A stretch of 26,725 bases of DNA from a virus (taxonomy: Duplodnaviria; Caudoviricetes): IMG/VR virus record IMGVR_UViG_3300035703_004058, positions 1 to 26,725 of that record. One strand, 5' to 3'. Position 1 is the first letter of the stretch; every line of letters starts with the position of its first letter. A model generated the notes under the pieces. It did not search any database. It was not told the DNA's origin and saw nothing but the letters and a program-made list of their open reading frames with translations. This document shows positions 24,936-26,725 of this stretch, one piece after another. The position numbers were made by a program, and so were the translations under genes.

Positions 24936-25559
24936 ATGCCACTGCAACTCGTTTCAGCTCCAGCCGGGGAGCCGATCACGCTTCTTGAGGCAAAGCAGCA
25001 CCTGCGGGTGGATGTTGATGACGATGATGTATTGATCGGCTCGCTGATTTCGGCAGCCCGGCAGGCAGCCGAGACTCGCACCGGCAGGCAGTTTATGACT
25101 GCCCGCTGGAAGCTGGTGCTCGACGCCTTTCCGGGTGCTTCTGTTAACCATGTTCTTGGCGATGCTTCTTTTAGCTTGCCTGGGCACGCGATTCTTCTTG
25201 CCAAATGCCCAGTGCAGTCGTTGGTGAGCATCGAGTACCTTGACATGAATGGCAACCCTCAGGTGATACCTCCTGGGGATTACGTCTTGGACGCTGCATG
25301 CGAGCCTGCGCGACTCACCCCGGTATTTGGTAAGACTTGGCCCCCGACTCTCCCGCAGATTGGCTCTGTGATCGTTACCTTTGACGCAGGATATGGCGCA
25401 GGCTCCTCTGTGCCCGAGGGAATCAAGAGTTGGATTAAGTTACGTGTGGGAAGTCTCTACGGACATCGTGAGGAAATGGCAGTGCTAACGCGCGGTCGCA
25501 TTGACTCATTGCCATTTGTAGATGGACTTTTAGACGGTTACCGCGTGAGCGTTGTATGA
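24936..25559 (+). CDS. Head-tail connector (gp6-like)
   Basis: EPITLLEAKQHLRVD..DD.LI..LISAARQAAE; VP..IK.WI.LRVGSLY.HRE. Confidence 0.9.
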   Translation: MPLQLVSAPAGEPITLLEAKQHLRVDVDDDDVLIGSLISAARQAAETRTGRQFMTARWKLVLDAFPGASVNHVLGDASFSLPGHAILLAKCPVQSLVSIEYLDMNGNPQVIPPGDYVLDAACEPARLTPVFGKTWPPTLPQIGSVIVTFDAGYGAGSSVPEGIKSWIKLRVGSLYGHREEMAVLTRGRIDSLPFVDGLLDGYRVSVV

Positions 25560-25906
25560 GCTTAATCAGTGCAGGTCAGATGAGCCAGCGTGTTCGCATT
25601 CAGCAGCCCACTGTTGCAAAGGATGCATTGGGAGCGCCGACACAGACCTGGAGCGATATAGCGACTGTCTGGGCTGATATCCAACCGATATCAGGGCGCG
25701 AGGCACGAATTGCAGATCGTATAGCTGCGGTGGTGAGTCATCAAATTACTGTGCGTTACAGATCCGAGTTCAACGACCCCAAAAGCGTTTCACAAATGCG
25801 AGTTCTGTTTCGAGATCGTATTTTTTCAATCCACGCAGCCCTAAATGTTGACGAGGCCAATGTCTCGGTCATGCTTTTGGCAAGTGAAGGGGCGCGCAAT
25901 GGCTAG
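25556..25906 (+). CDS. Head closure protein (head-tail adaptor)
   Basis: RVRIQ..D..G...W..ATVWA.I.PISGRE..ITVRYR..MRV. Confidence 0.88.
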   Translation: MSLISAGQMSQRVRIQQPTVAKDALGAPTQTWSDIATVWADIQPISGREARIADRIAAVVSHQITVRYRSEFNDPKSVSQMRVLFRDRIFSIHAALNVDEANVSVMLLASEGARNG

Positions 25907-26387
25907 AGTTGAAACAGTTCGCATTGAAGGACTAGCACAACTTGATCGTGCACTTCGTGAACTGCCTGACCGTGTTGCTAATCGAGGGCTCAGGGCATCG
26001 GTTTACGCAGGAGCAAAGGTCATACGTGATGAGGCGCGTGCTCAGGCTCCAAAAGCTGCGCAGTCGCTTGGCTCTAAGCAACCACCACCCGGAACGCTCA
26101 AGCGTTCGGTGATCATGAAGCACGTTCGCGAGCTATCTGGTGGGGGTCGCCAGACCTTTTATGTTTTGGTGCGCCACGGTAAAAAGTACCGCAATCAGGG
26201 CAAGCGAGGGAACCTATCGCAAGATGCTTGGTATTGGCGCTTTGTTGAATTCGGTACTCGCAAGATGGCGGCTCGTCCATTTCTGCGTCCGGCACTGGAA
26301 TCTCGACGCCGCCAAGCCGTTGATGCCATTAAGCAGCGACTGACCCAGCGCATCGAGATAGAAGCGCGAGCCTTGAATGGTCGATAA
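25899..26387 (+). CDS. HK97 gp10-like tail/neck morphogenesis protein
   Basis: IEGLAQL, GTLKRS and WYWRFVEFGT.KMAARPFLRPA. Confidence 0.9.
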   Translation: MARVETVRIEGLAQLDRALRELPDRVANRGLRASVYAGAKVIRDEARAQAPKAAQSLGSKQPPPGTLKRSVIMKHVRELSGGGRQTFYVLVRHGKKYRNQGKRGNLSQDAWYWRFVEFGTRKMAARPFLRPALESRRRQAVDAIKQRLTQRIEIEARALNGR

Positions 26388-26389
26388 CG

Positions 26390-26725
26390 ATGCAGGACTT
26401 CTATGACGCGATCAAACATCTGGCCGCTGGGCAGGTGTACGCCATCGTTGCACCTGCGGGTGCTCAGTATCCGACGCTTGTTTACACCCCTATTGATCAG
26501 TCAAATGTTGCGTCGCTTGACGGACCAAACCAGCTGCGGCGCTCGCGAGTGCAAGTTGATGCGTACGCACTAACACTGGTCGCTTGCGAACAGCTGCAAG
26601 AGCAGGTCCTTGCGGCATTGCAAGCCAGTATCAAAACGGTGGCCGATGTACGCATGGGCCTTACCGATTTCGACGATGAAGCCGGTATTTACCGGATATC
26701 CGTGGACTTCACCTACTACCGGTAA
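26390..26725 (+). CDS. DUF3168-like tail terminator/completion protein
   Basis: YP.LVY..RVQVDAYA..IYRISVDF; canonical gene order. Confidence 0.8.
   Translation: MQDFYDAIKHLAAGQVYAIVAPAGAQYPTLVYTPIDQSNVASLDGPNQLRRSRVQVDAYALTLVACEQLQEQVLAALQASIKTVADVRMGLTDFDDEAGIYRISVDFTYYR

Larger units (their letters stand above)
1..26725. mobile_element. Prophage (partial), HK97-type head module, large serine integrase
   Basis: Ordered integration, regulation, replication, packaging and head modules, with many overlapping stop/start codons. No host housekeeping genes. Both ends extend beyond the window. Confidence 0.95.

Noticed and set aside
24900-26725. Apparent drop in GC in the head-tail genes, suggesting a mosaic junction
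   Set aside because: This is only an impression by eye. It needs a sliding-window GC/codon computation, and no junction sequence was seen.

Overview
The whole window is the left and central part of a temperate phage (prophage) with an HK97-type head. From left to right it carries: (1) a leftward integration operon (small ORF, DUF2924-like protein, large serine recombinase, HTH-like partner); (2) a divergent control region with no recognisable CI repressor, containing two unknown proteins and a phage-encoded ECF/sigma70-like factor; (3) a replication/recombination operon (Sak4-like ATPase, DUF669-like SSB, Cas4-like nuclease, SF2 helicase, primase-polymerase/helicase) followed by an iteron-rich putative origin; (4) a RuvC-like resolvase and a DUF6456-like gene; (5) an inserted RHH-GNAT toxin-antitoxin pair with its own promoter; (6) a ParB-DNA methyltransferase fusion; (7) a small leftward DUF3489 operon; (8) HNH, terminases, portal, S49 protease, capsid and head-tail genes. 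The att site, tail and lysis genes lie outside the window. The most interesting signals are regulatory and non-coding. Two different promoter-like motifs are each shared by two distant operons: CTGAGAAAAAC-N12-CRGTA and CTTG-N15-AGAGCGTTCATA. The sigma factor carries ssrA-tag-like DAAND motifs and a C-terminal AA, and the recombinase also ends in AA. A leader RNA/uORF can sequester the resolvase RBS. Together these suggest a lysis-lysogeny circuit controlled by a sigma factor and proteolysis rather than a repressor; that model is inference. All family assignments come from motif recognition by eye, not database searches.
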